A stretch of 64,000 nt of DNA from positions 2,232,001 to 2,296,000 of the forward strand of contig JAYWIR010000026.1 of the NCBI GenBank assembly GCA_036172245.1, read 5' to 3'. The DNA is from Raillietiella orientalis. Lineage: Eukaryota. The translations under genes and the position numbers were made by a program. Positions 51,730-64,000 of the stretch are shown piece by piece (within the stretch, counting starts at the first letter, position 1; each line of letters starts with the position of its first letter). The notes under the pieces are model-generated. The model had not been told where the DNA came from. It was given only the letters and a program-made list of their open reading frames with translations, and did not search any database.

Positions 51730-54499
51730 ACTGATCATATACATGGCATAGTTTGTGATGCTGACTGAAATCAATGCATCTATTAAAAATATTGTGGAGC
51801 ATGGTTTACATACTCAAGATGCTTACAAACTACACACTACCACACAAAACTGCATATTGAAAACATATGCGTTAAGAAAAAAATCTTTTATTTTATATCA
51901 CACTTACATTTTGTGCACTTCTGGAAATGAAGTTTTTCTTACTACATGTTTCCAATAATCGTGCATTAATATATATCCACAATCTACACCTGTTAAAGAG
52001 CAAAGTACTAAACGTATCGATAATTATTTCTGAAACAGCTTATCCTACTACTGTTGAGAATAACTACAAATTTACAGTACCTCACTCTAAAAATGCAAGC
52101 TAAAACAATTTTACGCTACTCTATCATTTCATACTTTTCAATGAACTCTTATCTACAAGTTTTTCATGGGATGTTGTCTTCCTTGCAGACAAACATATAC
52201 TTCACTTTGCTTCTTTTCAAGAGGTCACAAATGAATGAATACATGAGTTTCCCCTCTGGAATGTTTTTAAGCAGTTGGAAATCATTACACGAGTTACAGA
52301 CACAATTGCAACGCACTTCAGAAGTTCCTTCTAGGTGCTTGGTTTCCCACGTTTCCGACTTCCCATCGAGTGCACGAACAGGGTTGTCAGTTCGCCATTC
52401 ATTTCGCTTTTTTTTAATTTTATTTTGTTAATGATATGCAAATGTTTTACAGTTATTGATGTCTTTGATCTGATCATGGAACAAGTTCTTTTTGTGCTAT
52501 ATTATATTGAACGCAATGGCTTAGCTCTTGGAATATAAATCAAGAGGATTTTTGGCTAAGAGATAGAAGCATGGTTTTTGTTGAAACAGTTTCCCTTTGT
52601 GAGTTTGGCAAAATTTTCACATATCCAGGCTTAAGAAAGCGAAAAAGCAACTGCAAAAGGCAGGAAAATTTATCAAGGGAGTTGGAAAATTACATTCAGG
52701 GATATAGTCTCGAAATACAATGAGTTGTTTTTTTTTTTTTTACAAAAAGCAATTACCAAAAACTCAGTGTAACCATTAATTAAGATAGTCGTTAATCATT
52801 AAAAAAATGCCTGTACAATATTACAAATGATACAAAGAGCAGATTAATTACGAAAAAATTATGAGCCACATCATAGAACGGATCTTTTTCTTTATACTTG
52901 CCAATCCTTGTATTTAATTATGACACTCGGAAATCTGCATTGGAACAATGTTAGTTCAGGTATCTGTCCAAGTGTTTCCAGACACAAAAGGCAGCATGTC
53001 ATCAAGTGAGTGGTGTACTTTGATTTAGGATTGTGCGAGAGATCGGAAAAATTTGTAGCCGAGGGAAACAAAGTGCTTAAATTGCATGATCGAATATTGG
53101 GTTTTAATCTAAGCTGATTTGAGACAACCAGATACTCTTGATTACTTTAACATTATCTTTAAAAGGTGATCAATGTTCACCATCAATTCATAATGCGCTT
53201 CATTCAATTTCACTCGATCTCGCTCCTGTTCTCAAATCTAAATACTTTTGAACGGAGGCCCATTCCAATCAAAGTAAACAAGGATCAAAGGATGACGTTC
53301 TGCTTATAATTCGTTTAAATAATTCTCATTTGTTTTCTTGGAAACTGGCCTTCTGTGTAAATAGAGAATGAGCTGTTTTCGCTCATCTCCCTGTACATAG
53401 GTGTACCACATACTAAGACAAGAGCAAACTGCTGTATCCACTGGCCTTTTATTTTGCGAGGAACTCGAGAGAGAATATCCTTCACGGAAACACATAACCT
53501 ATTTACATACGACAAAGTGGACATTTATGTCTTACTGAGGCTACAAATCAATCTGATTTCTATACTCTCCATTATTTCCTATCCATCTTCCCTTTTCTCT
53601 ATCTGTTTCACCAGTCGTAGCCTCAAAGTTAGGAATATTCTACTACCGAGTCTAACCTTAGATTAGCATAGAGATTCCTATTAATAGTTATGCAATCGGA
53701 TGGAAACTTTTTAAATTAAGCACTCTTCAGTCATCTCGGTTAGTTTTCCTCAACTTGTCTCCAAATAACATAATTCTCAATGATCCACTCAGACTTTGGA
53801 TTAGCTTAACTTGGAGGTAACTTTTATGTAACTTATTGAAGCTGAGCTTAAACTCTGCAAAGGAGGCTGTCCTTGATTGATATGTCCTTGGATAGTTCCG
53901 TAATTAGCCAATATAGATTTCTATATTAGCCAATAATTTCCCAAACCATCATAGTTGCTTTTAATTAAAAAGATTGAAGATTACTTCATGAAGTAACCAC
54001 ATCTGTTTACATCGTTTCTGGTCAAGCCTCAAAGAAAATGATATCATGAAAGCCTCTTTATTTACAGTCTTATTAAAAATAACGGATTACTTTTGCAAAG
54101 TTGTTCCTTACTTAACAGTTATCCAAATTTCGATGAATTACTTGGCACGCCATATGTCCGCATTGAAGATATATGTCTTCAACACATTAATTGCAAAGAG
54201 GTGCGTGGTTTAATGAGTATTCAAAACGGATATTTGCTGCTGGGTCTCCATTTAGCTCCTTTTGTCGGTGTTGTCCTCAGCCCAACGTGCTATGTATCAA
54301 CATCCTTGAACGCAAAGTTTCACGAATCCTTAATTACTAAATGATTTTCTTCTATCAACTCAGTGGCATTTCCAATACATGAGTAACTTTTCGTTCCCTA
54401 TAATCAAATCCATAATTTTGATAAAAGGAGCAGAACAGGAAGGAGCAACAAACACTTACCTTCATCTCAATAGTTTTGCTGCTGTAACTATCATCATTC

Positions 54500-55070
54500 T
54501 CACATGAAACCAAAATACAGAAGTATAAAACGAGATATTGTATGCACCCATATACTATCTTTCTATCCTGTTGGTTATGCGGTTGCTGATGCACAGGAAA
54601 CCAAGTAAAACACACATTTGTGGTCTAAAACGAACACACATCTTATTCTAATCCCTGGATCTTCTTGTTCTTCACTCTGATACTAGGCTTTTCTCTCGAA
54701 AACTTATCACAGTAAAACCAAACTTATTACTATTATCAAAGGCAAATATGAAGAGAAGCCAATTCAAGGACTACTACTGTGGAGTTTAAGAAGACCTATC
54801 TTACATCAGCACAAGAAACTCTTGCTTCCATTTGCCTTACCGTCGTATGAACACAACATTCTTCTACTGACATGACCAGCCAATACATCACAAACTCTCA
54901 TGCTTATTCTATCAGAGAAATACCCTATCATCAGGTACAAAGTAAAAATCAACTTGTGAATGGCCAAAGTCCTCATGACGCGCATCATTGCAATGAATAC
55001 GGACAACCTTCCTCCCAAGAGTCAACATCCAGAGAAACTGAATCAAATCTAATGTTGTATAATGTTATAT
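54500..55070 (+). mobile_element. Possible decayed RTE-like RT remnant
   Basis: TVEFKKTYLTSAQETL resembles FVDFKKAYDSVDRE.L, and an upstream PGSSC resembles PGRSC. Confidence 0.28.
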
Positions 55071-55104
55071 AGCAACCTTCTCCCAAAAGCAATCCCAAGG
55101 AATA

Positions 55105-55521
55105 CAGTGGGCTTCTGTATAAAGCGAGGGGTACGTTCCGCGTCATAGAAGTCCTATGGGTTAGTGGTAGATTAGATAGCACGAACAAAACAGATTTAAA
55201 AAGATATGGGGCGTATCTTCAACGATACAGCAGTAAAACATCCATCATCTCACCTTAGGAAGAAAAAAAATTGAACTTTGAACTTGAAATAATGATAATA
55301 ATAAAGCAAGCCTTCCAGTTTCCTCGGCATTGGATCAATTGCAACAACTTCATGGTTCCGGCTTTGGAAAAATGTGCCTCCTTGCGCTCTTTTGACCCAC
55401 GAAAATTCGGGCGAAATGAAATCCGACCTACTGAAATCACGTGCTCTCGTTCTTTTCCAAAACCACGAAATTTACCCGTAGCTCTGCAAGGGGGTGATTT
55501 ACCGCGTTATGCGAGGGTCTG
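55105..55521 (+). mobile_element. ~420-nt non-coding repeat, pogo/Tigger-like MITE candidate (copy 1)
   Basis: Near-identical reverse complement of 63476-63899. Begins TA|CAGTGGGC...GGGGTACGTTCC and ends CCGCGTTATGCGAGGGTCTG, which form degenerate terminal inverted repeats. Confidence 0.7.
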
Positions 55522-55999
55522 TTTTCGTGCTTGCACACGGGAAAGAACTCTTTCGCAAGCATAGCTATTTGACTAACAGCGTGCAAGAGTTGGTTAGCTG
55601 AGAGTGCTGGGGTCTACGGAAGAACTGAGACGCGTCTGCTCTGTGCCTTTCACACGGTTGGCATGACGACGACGACGGCCTCCTATTTGCTCTCTGTGCT
55701 CAGACTGTTCAGTCATCGGTCCTTCTCCGATTCTCACACTTGTGATCCTTCAGCAGAGAATGAGAAGGTATGATTCCCTCTGGTGCTCTTCCCGATCCAC
55801 AACGAGGATCATCATGGAGTTACGATTTCCGCGTACTTTCATTCATATCCGGTAAACAGCACAGCACAGACCCGGTTCAGGAGCATCTATCCCCGCAGCA
55901 CACACTCTCGAATCTCTAACCGTTCGTCGCGGCCGGTGACCGTTTTGAGTCACCGGACGACCCGACCAGCACACGTTCCGGCTGTGCAGCACGTTGGCA

Positions 56000-56500
56000 C
56001 ACACCGCCCTTCCGTTTTCCGTCAGCCCGCGTGCGAGGGACCCCCAACTCTCTGAACACCGGGTCGCCTTCTCCCAGGGTTGCCACCCTTCTTGCCCTAT
56101 TCCTCTGCCAGCGGGAAGTGGTCTCCTTCCTCTGCAGAGCCTCTTCCTATGCTGCTGCCCCGCAACCCCCACGTGGTCACGCAGCGTCGAGCATGCCGGC
56201 TCGACTTTCGTTCTGAAGCACCGAGGTCTGGGTGGAATTTCGAAGTCGCCCCCTGGGCCCCCTTACTTCGGGACCAACGCTTACCCCCCCATCCTCCCGG
56301 GGGCGCTGCGCAATCTGGGATGCACTTGGGATGGCGGAGCTGGAATTCACCTGGAAAGTAGGGTCGCCCTCACGACACTCGTGGATTTGGGATTCACAGA
56401 ATCAGCGTCTCGCAGGAAAAGCAAGGCCAAGCAAAAAAGCAAGGAACGGAGAGCCCGGCAGCGCAAGAGGCCTCCGGAGCATTCGCTAGCCCAAAGACAA
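56000..56500 (-). mobile_element. L1/Tx1-like RT remnant
   Basis: LVPK*GGP, then after a frameshift RLRNSTQTSVLQNESR, resembling LIPKKGD..LKNWRPISLLN.DYK. Confidence 0.35.
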
Positions 56501-56589
56501 AATGGCTCTTGCTCATGCAATTAATAACTGAAACGGCTCTTTTTTTACTCATCACAATGATCCTGAAGAATGCACATCGGCAGCTTCCA

Positions 56590-57590
56590 ACAGCATCGGT
56601 GCCGATCAGAACACCGGGAGATCATTAAAAATAAATATATGCGCTAATTACATGTATTAATATTTATAATGACATAAATTAACATATGGATTAATATGTA
56701 TTCTAAAGACTACAAAAAATAAATGCCTTTTATGTACATTGAGATAATTTTTATATATCGTTATAAATAGATTAATATACAAATTCATTTCAATACATAT
56801 TTATTCGTAAATTGATAATACGTACTTATGATATGTATTATTGGTATGTCTAGTAAAGAGCATATATATATCAATATATATTGATACTTATAATACATAC
56901 ATACGATATGAATATATAAATATCGAATTATAAACATGTATATTTACCAGATGATCAAAATGCGGAACATTACAGATGAACTCATCATTTAGTGAGAAAG
57001 TCGCATTTATTGAGTGTTGCTGAAAACGATAAGAAAATGAAATACATTTCTTTTGTTTTTTGAATTTGTTTGCCTTTTCATTTGTTCTACTATTTTTAAT
57101 TGTCATCATCATTTTTTTAATTCGCTATTTATGAATCATTTAATATATATTTATTATATGTACAAATGTGCACTAAGGTCTATAATAAGCATATACATTT
57201 ATTTCTCGTAGGCTTAACATTGTGTATTCATCTATCACTTAATCTGCATATTAGTCTATCTACCTGTCTTTATTAATACATATAATAAATACATTATTAA
57301 CTATATTAATAATACGCGCGTTAAGATAATATTGCTTTTAATAATATGCATTTTAATAAATATTAATAAATATGTCTGTTACAATAAATTTGTACATTGA
57401 TCCATAAATAAATATGGACATTAACGTACATAATAGGCATATATTTATTTTTATAAGATATAGAGTAATGCATAATATAATCTGTTTAATAGATTTCAAT
57501 CTATAAATTTATTCATGTATGGATTTATATATTAATACGTATACATAACAAACGTATGTGTTTATTTTCAAGATCGTTCGGGATTTCGAA
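56590..57590. mobile_element. Very AT-rich insertion with degenerate terminal inverted repeats (copy 1)
   Basis: The left end GATCATTAAAAATAAATATATGCG matches the reverse complement of the right end CGTATGTGTTTATTTTCAAGATC. The internal segment 56890-57060 is homologous, inverted, to 61310-61470. Confidence 0.55.
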
Positions 57591-58645
57591 GCAAACTCCA
57601 ACAGCATCGAACCGACTACGCAGGGGTTCAACAACGCCCTTAAGACGGCACTCCAGAAGAGCTTGAAGAGCTCTCCTAATAATTTCTCGACCTCTTCCTT
57701 TCTCTGAAGAAATGCATCATATTGAAAGTTTGCTCTTCCTAACAGCGAACGGATGCAGAGGTGCAGAAGCTCAAACACGCTATGGTGGAGATGTACGTTT
57801 TGCTCGGCTACGTAAAGCACTCAGAACGAAGTTTTATGCTATTCATAGGCAGGCAGAGGACGCTGTGACCCCGAGTGTCCCGCCGTAAGGACTGCTACGC
57901 TGGGGAGAGCTGCTCGGAATACCTTCGGAGGAGATGAAGTGGTCCCCAGCTGGTTGGGAGAGTGGCAACTTCCCCCTGAAGTAGCAGGAGGTGGCGTTGC
58001 TCATGTCGCATTGCGGAATCCCGTGTATCCCATCCGCCTCCATCATTGGACACGGGAGAGTGTGGATGCCTGTTGCGAAAAGTGCGGCGACAAAGAGACT
58101 TTGTTGCACCTCCTGCCGGACTGGTCGACCATCCTAGATATTCCCGAAGGCTGCCCCAGGGACATTTTTAAGCGCCTCTTCGTTCGCTCCGGCCTTCCGC
58201 CAGCAGCGTCCCTAGAAGTTCTCTGCTGCATTCGAGGAAATCGTGGCAGCCTGGAACGCGATAGGAAGAGGCCAGAGTGGCAGGGACGCCATCCGCTGCC
58301 ACGGATCTTTTTGAGGGCCTAATCGAGGTGGCTCCACCTGGGCAATGTGAGAACGCAACTTGTTGGCATCCTGGACGGAATACAGAGGACGTCTCCAGGC
58401 AAACAGCTTAGTCGCTTCCCTTCCCCAAGACACATCTCCCTCCCCATCTTTTCCTTTTTTTTTTGTTTCTTTTTGTTTGTGGTCTTCTCTCCCCCTTCGC
58501 CACGGAAACGAACCTCGCCGGTCTACAGACGGCGACCGACAAGCTGGAGTGAAGTGGTGAACCAAGTGGTTCACCACACAATAATAATTATTGTGTACTT
58601 TTATTATCTTAATAATAAATGCCTCGACAAATTCGGGTAATAAAC
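57590..58645 (+). mobile_element. L1/Tx1-like element 3' part (copy D)
   Basis: RLHHWTRESVDACCEKCGDKETLLHLLPDW, a T-rich UTR, and AATAAA at 58614 followed by a hairpin. Confidence 0.6.
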
Positions 58646-58689
58646 ATCCGACACTCAGGATGACCACGGAGGCATCCTGAGTGGTATGA

Positions 58690-58900
58690 GGGCGAAGCAC
58701 TGGTCAGGCGCCAGCCAGGACGAGATCTGCAAGGCCTGTGGAGAACCGAACTCCCCGTCCTCACCTGCCCTACGCTGCGCCGCGACTGGGTCAAGCTGAA
58801 AGAGGTGACCAGCCTGCAGACGCTGAAGAAGATGGAGACCCTGGAGGGGATCTTCGAAGGGAGCAGCCCTGACACAACCCAGGGGTCCTCACTACCGTCG
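58690..58900 (+). mobile_element. Additional LINE C-terminal zinc-knuckle remnant
   Basis: DEICKACGEP, then after a frameshift VLTCPTLRRDWVKLKE. Confidence 0.35.
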
Positions 58901-60989
58901 CCCTCTTCATCACGAGCATCGTGACATGAAGGGCAAAAATGTGGACCAAGATAGGCAATGCGCCGACAGTAGGCATCCTGAAAGGATTGCTGAAATAGGA
59001 AATCGGGATCAGGAGCTGTGGACGCATCTCCGCTTGGACTTACCGTTACATCCTGCACAGGATTGAGGAACATGGTCAAGCGAGTGGAATCCCCGCAAGA
59101 ACCTAGCGACTCCTTCCCAGAAGAATACCCCAAAACGCAAGCGACACGCAGTGGCATTCGAACTCCGAGAAAGCGAAGTCGAGTGACAAAGTGTTGTACC
59201 GTGAATCAGTGTGACATATTGATATAAGAGTTGCCAAATAAATTCGCCCCACAGCGAGTCGGACTGGGGGGAAACGGCTCTTTTCTGTGAGCACTTTCAG
59301 GATGGTCGAGGCGCTGCTGCAGCAGCTGAGCTTCTGTCCGTATTCGGAGAAGCTCGAACGCCCAGCGGCCAGGTCTTTCGACGTTTGGTCTGCTTGGTTT
59401 ACTGGAGGAAACGTGGCGATGGAGAGGCTGAACCGATAAACATTTCAGTCTCGCAGCGGGAATCCCTGAAACGATGCTTGCGATTTTCGTTCGGGAAATT
59501 CGGCACTGACAGGATGAGCCGACAGGATAAACAGGATTTTCGTTTCGTTCGATAAACGGGGAGGGTTTCGTTTTTGCCTCGGGGTGCGAGGAGATAAGTA
59601 GCGACTTGGAGATGTGGGAGGCGCTGCTTGGCACAAACGTGACCCACGTCCTCACCATCCTTTTCCTGTTGAATTGGCCCGACGTTAGTTCTAACAGTGT
59701 GATAAGGATGAGGTCTCTCAAATTTGGACACAAGAAGAAGTGTTTTCTGCTGAGTCTAATAATGTGAATTGGAGAGCACCGTTCGATATTGCCCAATGCA
59801 TTGGCCAGAAGCCGTGGCTAAACACACGCCAGTTGAACTGCCCACACAAGTAGATGGATAGATCTCCAATTAAAGGATAAATGCTGTTATGTAAGTAATT
59901 TTCCATTATGAAACAGAATTTGGTGATATTCATGCAATCGATAGCTAAGAGAAGGGGACTTTTAGGAATTGGCCATGACGCGTGTTACAAGAGGATTCAG
60001 TTTGCTAGCTGACAACGCGGGAGCGCCACGAGCGCCTGTACATCGCTGTACATCATGTACATCACTGCCACGAGCGTCTGTGCGTCGCTGTTTGGGTTAA
60101 TCAGGGTGATTAAATGGGTGACCTGAGTGGCTTGAATCGAGGTTAAGTGAAAATTGGTAAGCAGACGGAAGGCTCAAGAGCTATAAGGATGATCTACGGT
60201 AAGTCGGTGCCTGGACAACAGAGGAACCGTGATCATCACGTCCTTTCCAGATGCCAGATTCGAGAATTCCACACGGAAACAGCACTGAATTGTGGACGTG
60301 TTCAAGGAGTAGCGAGGTCCTGGAGCCATCCGGGATGCATTCTGGTGCTTCAGGAGTTGCATCTGTAGGTCTGCACAGGCAGAAGGTGAGGAGGGCAGAG
60401 CTGGTTGTTTGCGTAAGGATGGTTGCAAGTGTGACTATGATGTATGACGTGTGAAGCAGTTCCATTGATTAGCGAAGAGAGGGAAGAAGGGAAAAGTAAG
60501 TCAAAAACAGCTTTTCGCATCCAGATAAAATTGAATGGAGGGTGCGTCTCAGGTTCGACTGATTAATCAGCACGACCGCATTGGTTTCAAGTGGCACGTT
60601 GCAGATGACCTTCACCACGGAGTACTCTGCCGACAAGTCATGTTTCCAGTTATTGACACATCTGAAGAAATGGGAAAATCAAGTTTTTTTTTTTTTTAAG
60701 GTAAACACATGGCAGGCAGGAGAAGAGCGGAATTGGAGAGAAGGGGCTACGTCGGGGGGGTTTGAAGTGTCGAGATGGGGTTGATGTTCAAATCGTTGCG
60801 GAATGTAAATGTAATTGACGGGGGATTGTATATGTAACGATACTTTTTGTTAGTGAGAATAAAGTCGTGGGCAAATTGCTGTAAGCACTTTAAGGAACTG
60901 GCTAGAAATTATTCGAACTATTTAAAGGAATGAAAATTTCGCGCAGAAAGTAATGTCTGCTAGGCGGAAGTCAATGGCTCATACAGGTG

Positions 60990-61670
60990 CTAATCAGAAT
61001 CTCGAAATACATCATAAAAAATAAATAAACATGATCGTTATGTATATCAACATATATGTATCTATATTAACGCGCAGATTTATTTGAATATGCATGCATA
61101 CTTACTTGCACTTATTGACTTACATGCTATTTCTATACTTAACAATACGTATCAATATATATGAAAGATAATAGAAAATAAATACATGTGTTCATTAAAT
61201 GTATTTACACATATGGTAAATACGTTAATATATGCTTATACATATAATGAGTATACATTCAATGAATATGAATACTGAATACAAAAAATAAAAAATAATG
61301 GAAGGGAAATTTTTAAAAAGGAAAAAAAATTTTCGCGTCCCATTTTCCTATCACTTCCAACTTTCAGCAAATGAAACTTTCAGTAAATCCCATTTTCGGC
61401 ATTTCGATAGTTTGATAAGTATATACGTTTATAATTCGATGTTTATATATTCATTTCACACATTTATTATAATGAACACATATTAACTTTCTATAAATTC
61501 TAACACGTATGTTAATACACATTACTAATTACATTAACAACGTGCAGGTTAGTAAATGCGAATAAATATGTATGCTGAAGCAAATTTGTGTGCTAATCTC
61601 TATGTAAACATATGTCTCAACATGCATGAGAAACCTGCATATTTATTTTCAATTACCTCTGGGGATTTCG
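60990..61670. mobile_element. Very AT-rich insertion (copy 2, inverted relative to copy 1)
   Basis: Termini resemble copy 1 (ATCAGAATCTCG...CATAAAAAATAAATA and TATTTATTTTCAA...GGGATTTCGA), and the internal segment is shared. Confidence 0.55.
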
Positions 61671-61699
61671 ACATTCGGGGCTGTGATCGATGGGGGTTT

Positions 61700-63470
61700 T
61701 GAACCAAACCCGGCCTACTGAGTACGCGCATGAATGAGCCGTTGAATGGGGTGGCATGACGAAGGAAACAGGGGACAGGGTCCAGATCCTTCCGCCTCAA
61801 GATGTTGGATGCAATGTATCCCGGGGGCAATGGAGAAAACCCGATGGATCAAAAAGGCGTGAGGGCATTCTGAGCTACGGCTTTTGGTCCGTGGAGAAGA
61901 GATGGATTGAGCGGTGAGATGACATGATGAAAATGGACCACCATGGATTTCAGACATTTATGACAGAAGGCACAGTGATCTGAGAATAACGATGGAGCGC
62001 CTAATGGATAACAGCGTACTTTGTACGGGAGCTAAACTTTGGATACAAGCCGAACGAACTTGATGTTGAATCAGGAGTCTGGGAAGAGAGTAAATAGGCG
62101 CGGTAGCCATCTTCTCGACTGGGGTTTCTTTACACGATTTGAGCTTAGATCGGCGTGGGTCAAGTTGGTTTGTGTTTCCGAGCACTGCGTGCACCAAAGG
62201 TCAAGAGATTCAACAGTTCTTCGGTTAGAAAGATGGCAAAATTTGGCAATGGTGCGCCGACTCTGTGCGAGACTCCATTCTTAGCATTGCACCTCCAATG
62301 GAATTGAGCGAGAAATTGGGGGCTGGGAGAAACCAATGCAAGGATGTTGAGTGGGTTGCACCTACTGTCTCCATGCTGCTCATTAAGGCTCCTTCTGAGT
62401 TGGTAATCACGAATGGTGTTGAATATGAGATGGATATGGAATTAATGTGAGGCACACGTGTGCGCTGCTGCATTGAGGTAGTTTAGATAGTTCCTTATTA
62501 ATCAATATGTATGTTGAAATAAATTTGTGTGTATATATATATATATATACTACCAAAGAATGGCTATTATGCAAGTGGTGGTTTATGCTGGCGATCACGG
62601 CGAATGAAAACCGAATAATTTTGTTGCATATGGTAGGTGCCACCTTGCATCATTCATCAAGGCACTGCTTGGAGAGGTTAATCGCTTGCCTTATGATTTT
62701 TCAGAGTCCTAATCGGCATCGGGGCATCACGTGGCGTGTGCTTTGCTTCTTGCCTCAACTGGGAAATGGTCCATCTGGAGGTTATTAAAATGCCGTCAGC
62801 ATTTGGTTGTTCCTGGAGGCTTGCGGATCAGCAGATAGAAAAGTTTCGTTCGTCGTTTATGAGATTCATTGACGAGCAGGGCAACTTTTTGCTTGATGTC
62901 TCAATGATGAATGGATGTGCATGTGTGTGTATGTAGGTAATGTACATATTGTACAACTTGAAAGCAGTAAGAACCGGTTCGAAATTCATGGTTTTGCACG
63001 AGGCATCGGTTTGCATGTGCATCGCACATGTATGTTGGGTGCTGAAATAATTTCATATGGAAAAGATGAAGAATATAATGCAAGAATGAGTTGGTTATTG
63101 ACCTTTTTAGATACTCGATTCACAAGCCCGATATTCCAAATTCAAGCTATAAAGTCTGGGATTGATGATAGAAGAAAGAGAAGTTGATGAGGAACGTGAT
63201 TTGCCCCACGAGGGAGGTGCTTGATAGATTGGACAAGTAATAACAGTTAGGAAGAATAGTAAATGAAGATGAGGATTTCTTGGAAGGGTCTACCGGAAGA
63301 ATGACATATATAGCGAGAGCTGAATAGTAACAAGGTGGAGAGATTCTCAGAAGAAGGAAAGCAGGGTCTCAGGACGCGAGTCGGTTTTGGCAGGAGGTAC
63401 GCACTGGAGGAAAGTCTTCTCTATCAGTGGCCAAGGATATTTGTTGCTTTGAAAGGAATCGAAATTAGCC
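61700..63470 (-). mobile_element. Highly decayed LINE (Jockey/I-like) RT remnant
   Basis: QNHEFRTGSYCFQVV (~Q.GFR...S...QL), DIKQK (~DI.KAF) and IQSLAPVQSTLL (~L..VQN..LR) occur in the expected order. Confidence 0.35.
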
Positions 63471-63475
63471 AAAGA

Positions 63476-63899
63476 AGACCCTCGCATAACGCGGTAAATC
63501 ACCCCCTTGCAGAGCTACGGGTAAATTTCGTGGTTTTGGAAAAGAACGAGAGCACGTGATTTCAGTAGGTCGGATTTCATTTCGCCCGAATTTTCGTGGG
63601 TCAAAAGAGCGCAAGGAGGCACATTTTTCCAAAGCCGGAACCATGAAGTTGTTGCAATTGATCCAATGCCGGGGAAACTGGAAGGCTTGCTTTATTATTA
63701 TTATTATTTCAAGTTCAATAACGGATAAACGCTTTTTTTTTCTTCCTAAGGTGAGATGATGGATGTTTTACTGCTGTATCGTTGAAGATACGCCCCATAT
63801 CTTTTTAAATCTGTTTTGTTCGTGCTATCTAATCTACTACTAACCCATAGGACTTCTATAACGCGGAACGTACCCCTCGCTTTATACAAAAGCCTACTA
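63476..63899 (-). mobile_element. ~420-nt MITE-like repeat (copy 2)
   Basis: Reverse complement of 55105-55521 with a few substitutions and one small indel region. Confidence 0.7.
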
Positions 63900-64000
63900 T
63901 CGTACTGGGGTTATGCACAGCTATGGCAGTAAGAGTTGTCTTTAGACTATTTTGACAAAATTAGTGTGTTTTTCTAAGACAACTTGTTTCTGGATGAATT

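Noticed and set aside
52549..52562. TTTTGGCTAAGA matching part of U2 snRNA
   Set aside because: Only ~12 nt match; the flanking U2 sequence and branch-recognition GTAGTA are absent.
55255..55440. Near-identical short ORFs at 55255-55440 (-) and 63556-63759 (+)
   Set aside because: A by-product of the duplicated MITE-like repeat, with a non-ATG start and no domain.
62474..62492. TGAGGTAGTTTAGATAGTT resembling let-7
   Set aside because: The middle differs and is 3 nt short, there is no complementary star arm nearby, and it lies within LINE debris.
1..64000. CRISPR arrays, tRNA, rRNA, prokaryotic operons or defence systems
   Set aside because: No regularly spaced repeat-spacer array or recognisable structural RNA was seen. 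The spliceosomal introns show the DNA is eukaryotic.

Overview
Eukaryotic (metazoan, probably invertebrate) genomic DNA with five spliced genes that I reconstructed exon by exon, with reading frames checked: EXT1/tout-velu (-), NCBP2/CBP20 (+), PLEKHF2/Phafin2 (+), PDPK1/PDK1 (-, 5' end uncertain) and ARL6/BBS3 (-). Many introns are only 38-66 nt. Splicing is the most notable aspect. NCBP2 has a textbook U12-type AT-AC intron. PDPK1 has a 59-nt U12-type intron with non-canonical GT...AT ends and a 43-nt GC-AG intron. The window alternates sharply between AT-rich, CpG-depleted domains and GC/CpG-rich domains, and one boundary falls inside EXT1. Intergenic DNA holds many decayed retroelements, including a near full-length NeSL/Utopia-like RLE element and an L1/Tx1-like family whose four 3' ends share an AATAAA plus hairpin motif. 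There is also a nested inverted-repeat arrangement at 55-64 kb. No database searches were possible: gene and family names come from motifs recognised from memory, and counts are by hand.
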